Shown here piece by piece: positions 16,855-29,273 of a DNA stretch of 64,000 nt. How positions within the stretch are numbered: position 1 is the first letter of the stretch; each line of letters begins with the position of its first letter. The DNA is from the human T2T-CHM13v2.0 reference genome, Homo sapiens, in assembly GCF_009914755.1 (NCBI RefSeq), contig NC_060928.1; one strand, 5' to 3'. The position numbers and the translations under genes are program-made. The notes below the pieces were generated by a model. It saw nothing but the letters and a program-made list of their open reading frames with translations. It had not been told where the DNA came from and did no database searches.

Positions 16855-17976
16855 TAACAGAAGCAAATTTTAAGCTTATACCACTTATCCATATCACTTT
16901 AAACATCAATTGCCTTTTCATTTGAGATAAAAAAAGAGATCATGACTCTCACAGACAGTAAAACTTCTTTTGGAAATAAGATGATACATTCAACAGATGT
17001 ATCCTAAGTTACTCTTTGCTGACAGTGTCAACTTCATATAGCACTGTGATGTCAAGGAAAGACAGGAAATCTCTGAGTTAGGTCATGGTTCTTGAAACAA
17101 ACCATGAAAGAAAAATGTGTTACGTAAAGAATCATGTACAATGTACCAGAATGTAGCCTGAGCCACTTAAAATATATTTTAAGATGATTTTGAGATGATT
17201 AGTTCTGATTTCAGGCATTGCCGAATTCTCAGTTCACTCTCCTTTGCCAGGCTTTTCACATTATGTCAAAGCTACTTCATTTATTTCAGTTGATTCTTCG
17301 TGTAAAAGAGAGAGCACTGGATAACAAAGTACTGAGTCGGGCTTCAGAGTCAACCGAGCATTTAGTTCTCAAGTTCTCAGGTTGCAGAGATAGTTCCTAC
17401 AAGGCTACTCTCTTGCAGGCTAGTAGAACTGGGAGGGACTAAAGTGGCTGGCTGGAAAAACTGGTCCTCTTGCTGTAGTCATTCAGATGGTGTCTACAGT
17501 GTGGATAATTTCCACAATTCCAAAGCCAACCCTACGTAGATAAACACTATGAATGTTTATGAATATGGCCAACCCTTGCATAAACACTCTTCCAAAAAAA
17601 CAGGGCATGCTTCTAGCATTAACAACAAAAGCAACAAAATATATAGTAAATGGATTGTAAAATGTTGATTTCAAATTTGAGATGGTCTTGTTTGTGGGAA
17701 AATCAGAAAGGAGAATATATGAGATGTTTCACTGACTTATTCTGCTGATTGCTTGAAGACAGAGATTAATCATCTGCTATATAAATCATCTCATTCTTCC
17801 AGGTTCTGATTTAAAAATGAGCTCTTGGTTGAAAAATCTGCATTACTTCAAGATAGCACCCTATGCTACTATGCTATACCTTCCCTGTTTCTCTTCCTCA
17901 GAGAGGCATTCCTGTCTCCATTGCAGGTTCTGTGAAGCAAGACTTATCTAAGCAGGAAGTTTGGGGCTGCAAACCA

Positions 17977-18319
<343 letters not shown>

Positions 18320-19849
18320 TAGACGGGGAGGGGGAGTATGGCCTCATGTCAGCTTTACGTATCCTTATCCTCAGGTTCTTTCCTTTCAGGGCTGCTTTCC
18401 ACCAGACTTCTTTGATGAGGTTAGGGATGATCCCTTCCTTTCCCTTCATGAAGTCACAACATGGTGCAGCCTAGAAATATATAGCTAGTTGCTTTCACAA
18501 ATGTTTGTATTCAGTCATCACATATGAAGCAGACACAACTACCTCTGGCTTTTTGTTTTCCTCAGTTTAGAAAGCTGAGGCTCAAGACCATGGGAATTAT
18601 TCAAGGTATTCAAGGCACCATTTCTAATGAGTAGGAAAGCTGAGACACAAAGCCAGTTTGATCCATGGCCAGTGCTTTTGCCCTACACCTCAGACATACC
18701 AGGGTATATGCTGGGGCCTTGTTTTATTTATGTATTTTTGTATTCCTGGTGCCTAGTAGCATGCCTGGCACTCAGTGTGTATTCACTAAATTTCGATTGA
18801 ATAAAAAGCTAGGATTTATTGTCAAAAACCATATCTTTGAGGAGAAAGATGATATTTGGAAAATTGTAGCAATTTTGATGCCTTATGAAGTTCAGGGAAG
18901 TCTAAGTCATTTAGGGAAGCACTGCAACTGTCCCATGAGAGTGCCCTATTTTCAAGGTAGAAGCTTAAGTGTGAGCAGGTTTGCAGCACACTTGTCAGGA
19001 GTCAGGGATTCACTGAATGTAGTCAGTGTTTCTGTGTGGGCACTCCCTGCTTATTACCCATTCTGTGAGCACCTTTTAGTTTCAGTCTCACATGTCACTG
19101 AGGACAATGGGCTGCACATCAGGCTTTCATGGGGTTATTGGTGACAGTATCACCCAACCCCACTGCACCCCTACCACATGCTGTAGAAAACCAAGTATCT
19201 TAAATTGTCTGGAAGTTCTTGGGGGCTGCCAAGTTTCTGATTTCCTTATTTTGTATGTGTGCATGATACAGGAAATTTGCCTTCCAGAAAGCTCAGGAAA
19301 GGCTAATGGGTAAAGCCTGATTAGCCTAAGGGGAATAATGTCTTTTTCATAAATAACACTTTCAGCTCCGGCAAGGTAAGCCAATGTGATAAGGACAAAT
19401 AGAATGAGGAGAATTTTTTTTTAAAAGATATATTAACAAACAAAAAATTCTGCAAAGTAAACAGAGAAAACCTATATAATCCCCCAGCCCATTTCCTAAG
19501 AATATCATCATTCTTAAAATGAGGTGTTTAAAAAAGAGGATGCTGTATTAATAATTACTGGATCTGTATTTTTAATGATTGCTTTCCTTTAATCTTAAAG
19601 AGATAAGTGGACTAACGTGGATAAAGGGCTCCATCTTGGACAACTTGATCAGTCTTTTCTTCTGTGCTGAGCAGGGCCTGCCAAGAGCAGGAAATTCAAC
19701 GCCATTTACAAAGCTTTCTTGTCTTACTCTCAGAGAAAGCCATCACTGTTCACATCATTCAAGAGGCTGTCTGTAAAAGGACACATAAAATACCAGTTAT
19801 GAAATATAGAGTACACATTTAGTATAGCTTCATATCATTTAGTGCTAAG

Positions 19850-20373
19850 CAGCAAGATGATTATGTCAAATAAAAGTTATCACTTATTTATGTTTAAAAG
19901 ATCAGATAAGCATTGGATAAAATTATGTAGCCTAAGCAAAGGACAATTTCTAAATCTTTTCCTTTTTGTTTTATATAGTCTGTTATTTTTAAAGTCTTCT
20001 ACCACATAAATTTGCATTTCCTCTTTCACATCACTTATAAAATAACGTATGTTCCTTTTTTACCTTTGCCTTCTTACTTGAAAAAAACATCCCCAGTCTC
20101 CTTCATGCTTTGATCACAAACTCTTCATTTCTCTGATGGTGGATAGTTGGTCGAGCTGCTTTCTGTCTGTGGGCCCTGTCCACTCAGCCTATTGATGCTC
20201 TGTACAATGAGCTGTCATCTCTGTAATTTTAATCTTAGCTCTAGTCTCTAAGTTAGTTTCATGCTCCTATTATGTTTATCAGCATAGATTTCCAGCAAGA
20301 TGATTATGTCAAATAAAAGTTATCACTTAATGTTTAAAAGATAAAACAAGCATTGGATAAAATTATGTAGCCT
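19850..20373. repeat. Dispersed ~83-bp direct repeat (19850-19933 and 20293-20373)
   Basis: The first 37 nt and last 26 nt are identical between copies. Confidence 0.92.
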
Positions 20374-20740
20374 GTAAATCATTTAAAACTGGTGTGCTAA
20401 TTTTATCTTATTTTCCAAAACCCTCACCAAGCTCACACCTCTCTGAAATAAGTGTTAGCTTTTTGGGCTGCCTTCCCCCAGTTGCTCTGTGCTCCAAACA
20501 GATGCCTGTGTTTAGTCCGAGCTAATATGCAAAGGGACCTAGTTTTAAAATTCCTTAGCTGCTCCGCAAAGAAGAGCGCTGCCAAAGCTATGTTGTGTGC
20601 CTTCCCATATTTCACAAGTAACAAAATAATTCACAGAAAACACATAGAAGAACAGAAAGGAGAAATCTCTTCCCAGGGACTATCTGATTATGTAGATTAG
20701 AACTCACGAATATGGTATTTTCTAATTTAGGAGGGAGAGA

Positions 20741-20748
20741 GTAAACAA
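20741..20748 (+). promoter_or_regulatory. Forkhead (FOXO) consensus site GTAAACAA
   Basis: Perfect forkhead element ~1.2 kb upstream of exon 1; an IRE-type CAAAACAA is also at 21700-21707. CCNG2 is an established FOXO target, but occupancy of these particular sites is inferred. Confidence 0.5.
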
Positions 20749-21561
20749 ATAAATGTTCCAGGGCAGTCAACCACATGCCCCATTGATATTCCGTGTGAAA
20801 GTGTCTCTGGCCTAAGGCACCTGGTTTGTTTGCTTTTTGTCCCGTCCTGGGAGACGTGTCGCCTATAATAACAACGCTAATTATAATGAACAATAAATGA
20901 TAATTTATGGGTTACCAAGGACCAAGAAGCTCTGGGAGTCTTCATTAAAACAACAGCACTACAACCTCTGGAGGTACGCCGTAATTATTAGATGTTTACG
21001 TACCCTCATCAGCGTGCTAAGTTTTTATTGAAAAGCCCCTCCTTCAGTCCCTCCTGAATTTTTTTAAATTATGGAAAAATTCCAAGACACAGAACTAGAA
21101 AGAATACTGTAATGCAGCCTCGAGTACCCATCACCCAGCTTCGACCCTCAACTTTTTGCCTATCTTATTTCACCTCTCTTCTCCATTTTTTTTTCTCTTG
21201 GACTGTAAAATTTTAAAGCAAATACCCAAACTTGTAGCATTTATTGAATATTTTAGTAAACGCCCCGACAATGTTATAATAATTTGGTGGGTTATTGCAA
21301 AATGGAACGCCAAGACAAAATAAAGAAGGAATGTAGAAAACTCTCCCGTGGCTGAAAAGGCTGTCACAAAGGTTAGCTGTTAGGAGAAGCGCCGCGAGCG
21401 TGACATTCCCCCAAGAAAGGCGGAGGCAGCCAGGCGAGAAGGCACAGCCCCGCAGGGCAGGTAACTGAATACCTTCTCCGCTGCACACCCAGGCATGCGC
21501 AATCCAGACCCTGGAGTTGCTAAGGCCCCAAGGCAGAGAGAGGCTCAGGCTACGGAGAAAG

Positions 21562-21655
21562 CCAATCAGAGGGCTCCAAGACTGATAAGTTAGCCAATCC
21601 AGATTCGAGGGTGAATCAGGTCCTCAGCATGCCCATCGCCCCACCCGCATCCAAT
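21562..21655 (+). promoter_or_regulatory. Three CCAAT boxes (NF-Y-type sites)
   Basis: AGCCAATCAG (CCAAT 21562-21566), AGCCAATCC (21594-21598) and TCCAATCAG (21651-21655), upstream of exon 1. Confidence 0.7.
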
Positions 21656-21912
21656 CAGAGAGCCGGCTACTTTGGGCGGACTTTTCAAAACAGCGAAAAC
21701 AAAACAAATCGGGGACCTTTAAAAGGCGTAATGAGACCAGAAACGATCTCCTTCCGCCCCTCTGTCTTCCCCCGTTCCCCAACGCAGATCAATCGCGGAA
21801 TAAGCCCGACGCCCAGATTCCGCTCTCCGCCCTAGCGCCAGGCGGGAGGACTGGCTCGGCAAAGCCAAGGAGAGCTAGGGAGGCCGCGAGAGAGGCTCGA
21901 GACGGCAGCTTA

Positions 21913-21976
21913 GGGGCGGGACTCTTTTTTAAAGTCCGTGGAGGAAGTGCAGGATCCCTCCGCGGGGAGTCACGTG
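21913..21976 (+). promoter_or_regulatory. GC box and E-box near the transcription start
   Basis: GGGGCGGGAC at 21913-21922 (Sp/KLF consensus); GTCACGTG at 21969-21976 (USF/TFE-type E-box, which also contains the RCGTG core). Confidence 0.55.
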
Positions 21977-21989
21977 CCCCGCCCCCTTG

Positions 21990-22300
21990 GGGGCGTCGAA
22001 ACTCTTAACAAAAACAAGGGGCTCGGGGAGGTTTCCGCTGAGGCGGCGGGGGTGCGGCGGTGGGCTGGTCTTCCGCGGCCGGCGTTGCGCCGCGGCGGAG
22101 GGTGGGCGCGCGGGGAGCGGGATGGAGCCGGGGCTGTGAGGCCGAGGCGGCGGTGCCTGGGAGGAAGGGTCGGATGCCGGACCGGGGGCACCGCTGAGGC
22201 GGTGGGTCCCCGACCTGCGAGACAGGTTTGGAAGCCCCCGCTGCGCCCAGTCCGTGCGGACCGCGAGGCCGCGGGCGGGTGGAGGCGCGTCTCCGGCACG
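21990..22300 (+). other. CCNG2: CCNG2 exon 1 (non-coding 5' UTR); start approximate
   Basis: Strong donor CACG|GTGAGT at 22300/22301 inside the CpG island. The next exon begins with the ATG. The TSS cannot be fixed from sequence alone. Confidence 0.75.
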
Positions 22301-23326
22301 GTGAGTGGACCCGCCCAGGGCCGCCGTGGGTTTCTTTGTTCGTGGTGGGGACTGTGGGCTTTGAGGAGGTTGGTACCATGCGAGTGCCTCGGTGCTGCCT
22401 GCTCCTCATCCGCTGGAGCGACCAGGGTGCTGCCCTCAGCCCCAGCCCCGGGGGGAGCTGGCGCCCGCGATGGACAGATAGATGCTCGTGGGGTGGAAGG
22501 AGGTTGCGACTAGGTTAAGGGCAGTCTCCGCCTCGGTGCCCCCCGCCCCCGCTCGTGTTGTCACGGGGACTTGCTGGCGTGGTGCTTCTCGAATTGACAG
22601 CCCCGGGGCTCTGCAGAGTTGTGGGGCCCCGGCATCAGTGGGTGGACGGGTGTTGTCCCTACGGGCGCGGGGCGGGCGGGCTGGACTGGACTTCTCTCCC
22701 CGGACCGTAGCCGGGTGTGCCGCGCCACCCCAGGGCTCCTGGGACGGGGGTATCCGCCTCTCGGGTAAGTCCGGAATCGGCGCTGCAGCAGCGGACGGGA
22801 AAAGCTGGGGGCGGGACTCTCCGAGAGGGGCTTCTGCAGCTGGGCGCCCCGGGCGGGCGGGGCTCGGGAGTCTCCTCCCTCCGCTTCTTTGTTCAGTCGC
22901 GAGACTCTCCCTCCCCTCCCCCCTATTGTGCAACACCCCATCCCCGGGACCCGCTGCAGTCGCTCGCCACACTGCAGTCCCCTGGGCAGAAGGCCCTCCC
23001 TGGCGCGACTTCAGGTGGGGCAGACCGAGGGGACGCCGGCGCCCGCGGACAGTTTCCTGTTTGTGAAACGCCAAGAGGCCAGGGCTGGCCGGTCTTACCC
23101 AGCGCTGGCCGGCGGACCTGACCACGGCTCCTCCCCCTGCCACACCTCCCTGGCCGTGGTGGGGATTGCCCTGGGGCTCTGGCGGACGTGACTGGTCCCT
23201 TCACCCGCTCCTTGTCGGGGTGTGCTGGGGCGACCCTTGCTGGAGGTACTGGCCTCAGCCCTTTCTCCCGCTTCCCCACCCCTCTTACCCCCAGATTACA
23301 TTCTCTGTGTGGTGTCTTTACTGCAG

Positions 23327-23464
23327 ATGAAGGATTTGGGGGCAGAGCACTTGGCAGGTCATGAAGGGGTCCAACTTCTCGGGTTGTTGAACGTCTACCT
23401 GGAACAAGAAGAGAGATTCCAACCTCGAGAAAAAGGGCTGAGTTTGATTGAGGCTACCCCGGAG
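23327..23464 (+). CDS. CCNG2: Cyclin G2, coding exon 1 (MKDLGAEHL...EATPE)
   Basis: Acceptor ctgcag|ATG, donor GAG|gtaagt; 138 nt; matches the cyclin G2 N-terminus. Confidence 0.98.
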
Positions 23465-24160
23465 GTAAGTTGGCAGAAAAGATAACTTGCTCAAGCAGCT
23501 GATGGGGCTTGGAGGAGGTAACCCCCCCGCCCCCGTTGAATCATGACTAAAGCCTGCAAAATTTCTTAAAAGTTGTTCTTTCTGGAGTACCAAGATAAAC
23601 CTTATTACAGGTTAATGCTTTTGTTTCTTAGCAAGAATGAGAGTGATACTTTAGAGAAGTGGGGTTTTTTGTTGTTGTTTTTAATGTGGCACCCTCCTCG
23701 CTGCCCCCCATACTCCAGCCTGCAGCTTCAGGATGGGAGACCCCGGGTGAATTGAGTAGTTCATTTGTGCAAACACCCTCTGCCTGTGAAATACATATTT
23801 ATAGTAGAATCTTAAATGACTTTAGAAAAGCAAACAAAAGAACCCTTTCTCTCCATTCCAAGGGAATTGAATTATATTTGCTATAACTCTCTGAAATCTT
23901 GCAACAGTTCACCTTATATTGAATTGCTGAAGCTCTTTTATGATGCGTATTTTTAAGAAGCAGTGATTTACGTCTTACAGATGATAAAGTGTATAGCTTT
24001 AGTTAAGCGATACCACTCTTTCCACCTATATTCTTGAAGATTGAGGGAAAAAAATTAACCTTATTCTTGGGAAAAAATTAACCTTATTCTTTGGACCTGT
24101 ATGTGTTTTTCATCTGGTTCTAAGAAAATTGTAAACCTTGGTTCTTGGTTTTTATTGCAG

Positions 24161-24298
24161 AATGATAACACTTTGTGTCCAGGATTGAGAAATGCCAAAG
24201 TTGAAGATTTAAGGAGTTTAGCCAACTTTTTTGGATCTTGCACTGAAACTTTTGTCCTGGCTGTCAATATTTTGGACAGGTTCTTGGCTCTTATGAAG
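24161..24298 (+). CDS. CCNG2: Cyclin G2, coding exon 2 (NDNTLCP...ILDRFLALMK), cyclin box start
   Basis: ttgcag|AAT ... AAG|gtattt; 138 nt; contains the cyclin-box motif LAVNILDRFL. Confidence 0.98.
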
Positions 24299-25152
24299 GT
24301 ATTTCATCATTTTTATAAATATGTCTTCCTTTTTCTATGCCCAGTGCCTAGCACACAGGGTTCAAGAAATATTTATCGAATGGGTATAATAACGTCCACT
24401 GTACATAAAAATTTATAATCAGAATTGTGATCGTTAGTGCCAGAATAAGACTACAAGATTAATTGTATTGTTGTATCTTAGGTTTTTCTGTTGTGTCTTA
24501 GGTTTTACCTCTTAAGTACTTTCTCTTGAATATGTGACAAAAGAGAGACTACTATTTTTTAGGTATTTGCCATATATTTATAGTCCTCAATATAAGATTT
24601 CATCTGCCATCATGCTTCTCTTGAAGCCAGATTTTTAAAATACTGAAGCATGACAAATGAAGTATAACAGTTTATTAAATATGACCGGCTGCCTTCCCTA
24701 GAAGTCTCTTCAAAGCAGGGAGCCATGGTTTTATTAACAGTCACCAGCAATGGCTAGAAAAATGTGGGGAATCTTCTGCCAGTAGGATTGCTGTCAGCTG
24801 CTGGGTCAGTTCTCAGGGCACTGAAAAGAAAAGGGCCGCCATCTGTCCATGGCAGCTTTTACATATGTCCCACTCTGCACAACTCGTGATATTTCTCTTG
24901 GGCAAAATTACATTGAAATATGGAATGACTCTTAAAGATTTTTATGTAAAAAGATAAGTATAAAATATTTTAATATCCCAGTACATTTTTTTTGGTGTTA
25001 AAAAGCTTAATTTATTTTGGGAGAGATTATATTATGAATTTCATAAGTCTGAAATACAAATTATACTTTAGTGCTAGGAATCTAGCTTTTGAACCTGCAT
25101 GGAAATTTTTGTACCTGCATTTGAATTTACATAATTTAAAGGTTCAAAAAAC

Positions 25153-25285
25153 TTTTTTTTTTTTTTTAAATAGAGATGGAGGCTTGCTGTGTTGGCCAGA
25201 ATAGTCTTGCTATGTTGGCCAGAGTGTTCTCAAACTCCTGGCCTCAAGCAGTCCTCCCACCTCAGCCTCCCAAAGTCCTGGGATT
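25153..25285 (-). mobile_element. Alu monomer in a CCNG2 intron
   Basis: Poly-T plus antisense left arm, with a small internal duplication of GTCTTGCTATGTTGGCCAGA-like sequence. Confidence 0.8.
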
Positions 25286-25512
25286 ACAGGCATGAGCCAC
25301 TGTTCCCTGCTGCCTTTTTTTTTGGGGGGGGGGGGAGGTCGAGAACGTCTAAAATGTGAAAATGTGTATAATTGTGGGTAAACAGCCAGTACATATAAGA
25401 GAAACAACTTGATTGTGTTCTGTCTTAAGAATAGGAGCATCATTACAATATTCTAAGTATCTGCTAAGTCAAAGTGACAGTTGTTAAAAGAAGCCTCTTG
25501 TTTTTTTCTCAG

Positions 25513-25763
25513 GTGAAACCTAAACATTTGTCTTGCATTGGAGTCTGTTCTTTTTTGCTGGCTGCTAGAATAGTTGAAGAAGACTGCAATATTCCATCCA
25601 CTCATGATGTGATCCGGATTAGTCAGTGTAAATGTACTGCTTCTGACATAAAACGGATGGAAAAAATAATTTCAGAAAAATTGCACTATGAATTGGAAGC
25701 TACTACTGCCTTAAACTTTTTGCACTTATACCATACTATTATACTTTGTCATACTTCAGAAAG
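25513..25763 (+). CDS. CCNG2: Cyclin G2, coding exon 3 (VKPKHLSCIG...HTSER)
   Basis: tctcag|GTG ... AG|gtcagt; 251 nt; cyclin-box helices (RMEKIISEKLHYEL). Confidence 0.98.
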
Positions 25764-25838
25764 GTCAGTGGGATTAAAGATACATTTTGTACTTTGAACA
25801 TTGCTATAGCTAACAGTAAATAATTGGAATGGCAATGA

Positions 25839-26218
<380 letters not shown>

Positions 26219-26274
26219 TAAAATCATTTAAATCTTTGGAAGTTTAATAAATCTTTGTTCTTTGCATTGTATAG

Positions 26275-26353
26275 GAAAGAAATACTGAGCCTTGATAAAC
26301 TAGAAGCTCAGCTGAAAGCTTGCAACTGCCGACTCATCTTTTCAAAAGCAAAA
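26275..26353 (+). CDS. CCNG2: Cyclin G2, coding exon 4 (KEILSLD...SKAK)
   Basis: gtatag|G ... AAA|gtaagt; 79 nt; phase matches the previous exon. Confidence 0.97.
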
Positions 26354-26443
26354 GTAAGTCGATTCCTTGCTTATGTATATATCTCACAGTTTGTATTTTG
26401 AATTTTTAAAAAATATTTTTCTTTTTTTTCTTTTTTCTTACAG

Positions 26444-26542
26444 CCATCTGTATTAGCCTTGTGCCTTCTCAATTTGGAAGTGGAAACTTTGAAATCTGTT
26501 GAATTACTGGAAATTCTCTTGCTAGTTAAAAAACATTCCAAG
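26444..26542 (+). CDS. CCNG2: Cyclin G2, coding exon 5 (PSVLAL...KKHSK)
   Basis: ttacag|CCA ... AAG|gtaatt; 99 nt; preceded by a 90-nt intron. Confidence 0.97.
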
Positions 26543-27171
26543 GTAATTACAGTCATTATTCTTTAAGGCAAATTTTTTTCCTGATGTTTATTTTTTTCTG
26601 TGGTGACTTAAACATTAAGTAATACTTTATGGGACTCTTAACTTTTACACTTGTTTTTTTTCTTATATCTCTAGTGTTAAAGTTCTCAAAATGCAGCTTT
26701 GACCCAGACAGTATTAATCCGGAAGGGAACCTGGTCACTTAGCTCAGCTTCTTTCTGCATATAGGTGCCCCTTCTGTAGTAATCATGCCATATGATAGTA
26801 CAGCTGTTACATTGCCACATATGCATTGTTCTGAAATGCATACTAGGTAGTAGACTCAGAACAAACACTAATGGGATAGGATGGGATCCCATCACACCTG
26901 TAGGACTGAACTGTCATCCCATTAGCAGCAGCATCAATTAACACCAGCAATGTTGATGTTTTAAACCCGAATGTCTTTTCAAATCCTTTAGGCCAGCTAA
27001 GTAAAAGTAAGTCTTACCATCACAAAGAGATATAAAACAAAAGCACAATACTTTTTCTTAAACTCTCAGTCTAGTTGGGGAAATGAGGAACTTAACATGA
27101 AGTGGTGTGTTCTGTCATTTGTTATTGTGTCTTGGTGCCAGGTAATAGTGAATATAGAGAGTACTTTGGGA

Positions 27172-27477
27172 TTTTTTTTTTTTTTTTTTTTTTTTTGAGA
27201 CAGTCTTGCTCTGTTGCCCAAGCTAGAGTGCAGTGGCATGATCTTGGCTCACCGCAACCTCAGCCTCTCGGGTTCAAGTGATTCTCCTGCGTCAACCTCC
27301 CGAGTAGCTGGGGCTACAGGTGCTCACCACCATGCCAGGCTAATTTTTATATTTTTGGTAGAGATGGGGTTTCGCCATGTTGGCCAGGCCGGTCTTGAAC
27401 TCCTGACTTCAAGTGATCCCACCTGCCTTGGCCTCCCAAAGTGCTGGGATTACAGGCGTGAGCCACTGTGCCCGGCT
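27172..27477 (-). mobile_element. AluS in a CCNG2 intron
   Basis: Full-length antisense Alu flanked by TACTTTGGG repeats. Confidence 0.92.
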
Positions 27478-28830
27478 TACTTTGGGTTTTTTTTAAGCAA
27501 AGAAATAGGGCAGACTAGGAGAAACACTATGACTGGGAGCCTGTTTGGAGCAAAAGAATCTTTGACAGTGAAAGTTTCAGCGAAGGCTTAACGGCCAAGA
27601 AATTGGTGGACTAGACAGATATAAAAGTCATTTTAGGGTAGACTTACAGGTACAATGTCTAGGTGGTAGTCACAAGCAGGAGTAAGGCTGTCCAACTCAA
27701 ACAGTGGTTTTGGAAGCCAAGCATGGAAATGAGGCAAGGAGTCTTGAATGACCAAGATTTGTACCTAATGGTGGATATAATATTAGCATAATTGGCAGGA
27801 AATTTGGGAGAAGTTAATTTGTGATGAGAGCAATATGATTTTAGATGCTTGTGTACACAGGTGGGTGTCTAGTAGGTGTTTGGCGTTTTGGAATAAGAAG
27901 ATAAACTATAGTTAGAGATTGAGGTTTGGAATTTCTCATGAAGAAGCAGTAGTTGAAACGGTAAGAAGCTGTGGAATCCTTTTTGTAGGGGTCAGTTGAA
28001 GCTCTGGGGTTTTCAGCGTTGGCCTTTCCCCCCAACATTAGGAGCCAAGTGAAGAAAGGTACATCCCCACAAGTAGAAGCACTGTCAGACTGGAAGGAGG
28101 TTTTTAAGGAGGTGGTCAGGAGTATTGAATTTTTATAAGAGATCCAATATAATGAAAATTGAAGGTCATTGGGTGTGTCAGAGGTAATGTCAGTAGAGCA
28201 GTGAGAAGGAAGTGGTAGAAACCAGATTACAAGTGGGTTAGGATGTAGCTACATTAGGTGAAAATGGGAAGCCAAGAAAATAGATCTTCTGTTTTCTGGT
28301 GAAAATATGTGCATGTGAAGCATTTTGTTTGTAACAGATAACTTTTTGCTTTAGTTATGATTTTATTAGTTTTTATCTGAACTTTTTATTGATAGTGATA
28401 GCTGGAACCATCTTCAGTGAAAATTGATTCGTTGAAATAAACTGAAGGCATTCCGAAGGAGGAGGGAAAAAAATACGTAAAAAGAAAAACAAAAAAGAAA
28501 TAAACTGGAGCACTGCCCAGTGGTGGCGGAACTATGTCCTTTTTGGGAAATTCCTGTTCTCTCATATCACTAACTTCTTTAGTTTTGTATCTGGTGTTAT
28601 AAGTGTGTATTACCAGCAATCCAAACAATGCCTTGTTGCAGGAACCCAAATTGGTTTCTGTAACAAAAGGAATGTTAAATTCCTTTGCATTGAGACTAAG
28701 GACTATACTTGATAGCTGATTTATTAACAGACCCAGAGTGTTTTTAGGTCAGTGTTTTCTTAGAATAGGCAAAGCTTTCTGTGTATTGAATCCTATGTAG
28801 TTTTATACTTACGGTGCTCTTCTCCTAAAC

Positions 28831-29038
28831 CAGTGGTTCCCAAATTTTGAAAGTTTGGCTGCACATTACAATCACCTAGGGAACTTAGAAAACTCTTGAT
28901 GCCCATGTTGCACTCATTGTCAATTAAATCAGAATACCAGGGGTGGAAGCGGGTAGTGGGAGCCAGGCATCTATATATATATATTTTTCATAGCTCACCT
29001 AGTGATTCCAAGGTGCAGCAAGATTTGGGAGACATTGC
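28831..29038. mobile_element. MER5A-like hAT MITE ending ~30 nt before the exon acceptor at 29068
   Basis: CAGTGGTTCCCAAA ... TTTGGGAGACATTG termini; internal GCTGCACATTACAATCACCT and AATTAAATCAGAAT. Confidence 0.8.
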
Positions 29039-29067
29039 CGTAACCTCTTAAAATATTTTTTTTTCAG

Positions 29068-29273
29068 ATTAATGACACTGAGTTCTTCTACTGGAGAGAG
29101 TTGGTTTCTAAATGCCTAGCCGAGTATTCTTCTCCTGAATGTTGCAAACCAGATCTTAAGAAGTTGGTTTGGATCGTTTCAAGGCGCACAGCCCAGAACC
29201 TCCACAACAGCTACTATAGTGTTCCTGAGCTGCCAACGATACCTGAGGGGGGTTGTTTTGATGAAAGTGAAAG
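29068..29273 (+). CDS. CCNG2: Cyclin G2, coding exon 6 (INDTEFFYW...LPTIPEGGCFDESE)
   Basis: tttcag|ATT ... AG|gtaggc; 206 nt; open in the expected frame. Confidence 0.97.

Larger units (their letters stand above)
21350..23230. promoter_or_regulatory. CCNG2: CpG island / promoter of CCNG2
   Basis: Abrupt rise in GC and CpG density over ~1.9 kb covering exon 1 and most of intron 1, against a CpG-depleted background. Confidence 0.93.

Noticed and set aside
18665-19144. 159-aa ATG ORF upstream of CCNG2
   Set aside because: It overlaps MIR/L2-like sequence, has no recognisable homology and shows no exon signals.
19850-19933. Possible C/D-box snoRNA in the duplicated unit (ATGATTA)
   Set aside because: No terminal D box (CTGA) or closing stem, and it is not in an evident host intron.
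21938-23279. Long overlapping ORFs (up to 235 aa) on both strands
   Set aside because: They lie in the CpG island, where stop codons are scarce; they are Arg/Gly/Pro/Ala-rich with no recognisable domain, and most start at non-ATG codons.
23222-23326. In-frame upstream extension of the first coding exon
   Set aside because: It starts at GTG and runs through the intron's pyrimidine tract; there is no support for an N-terminally extended protein.
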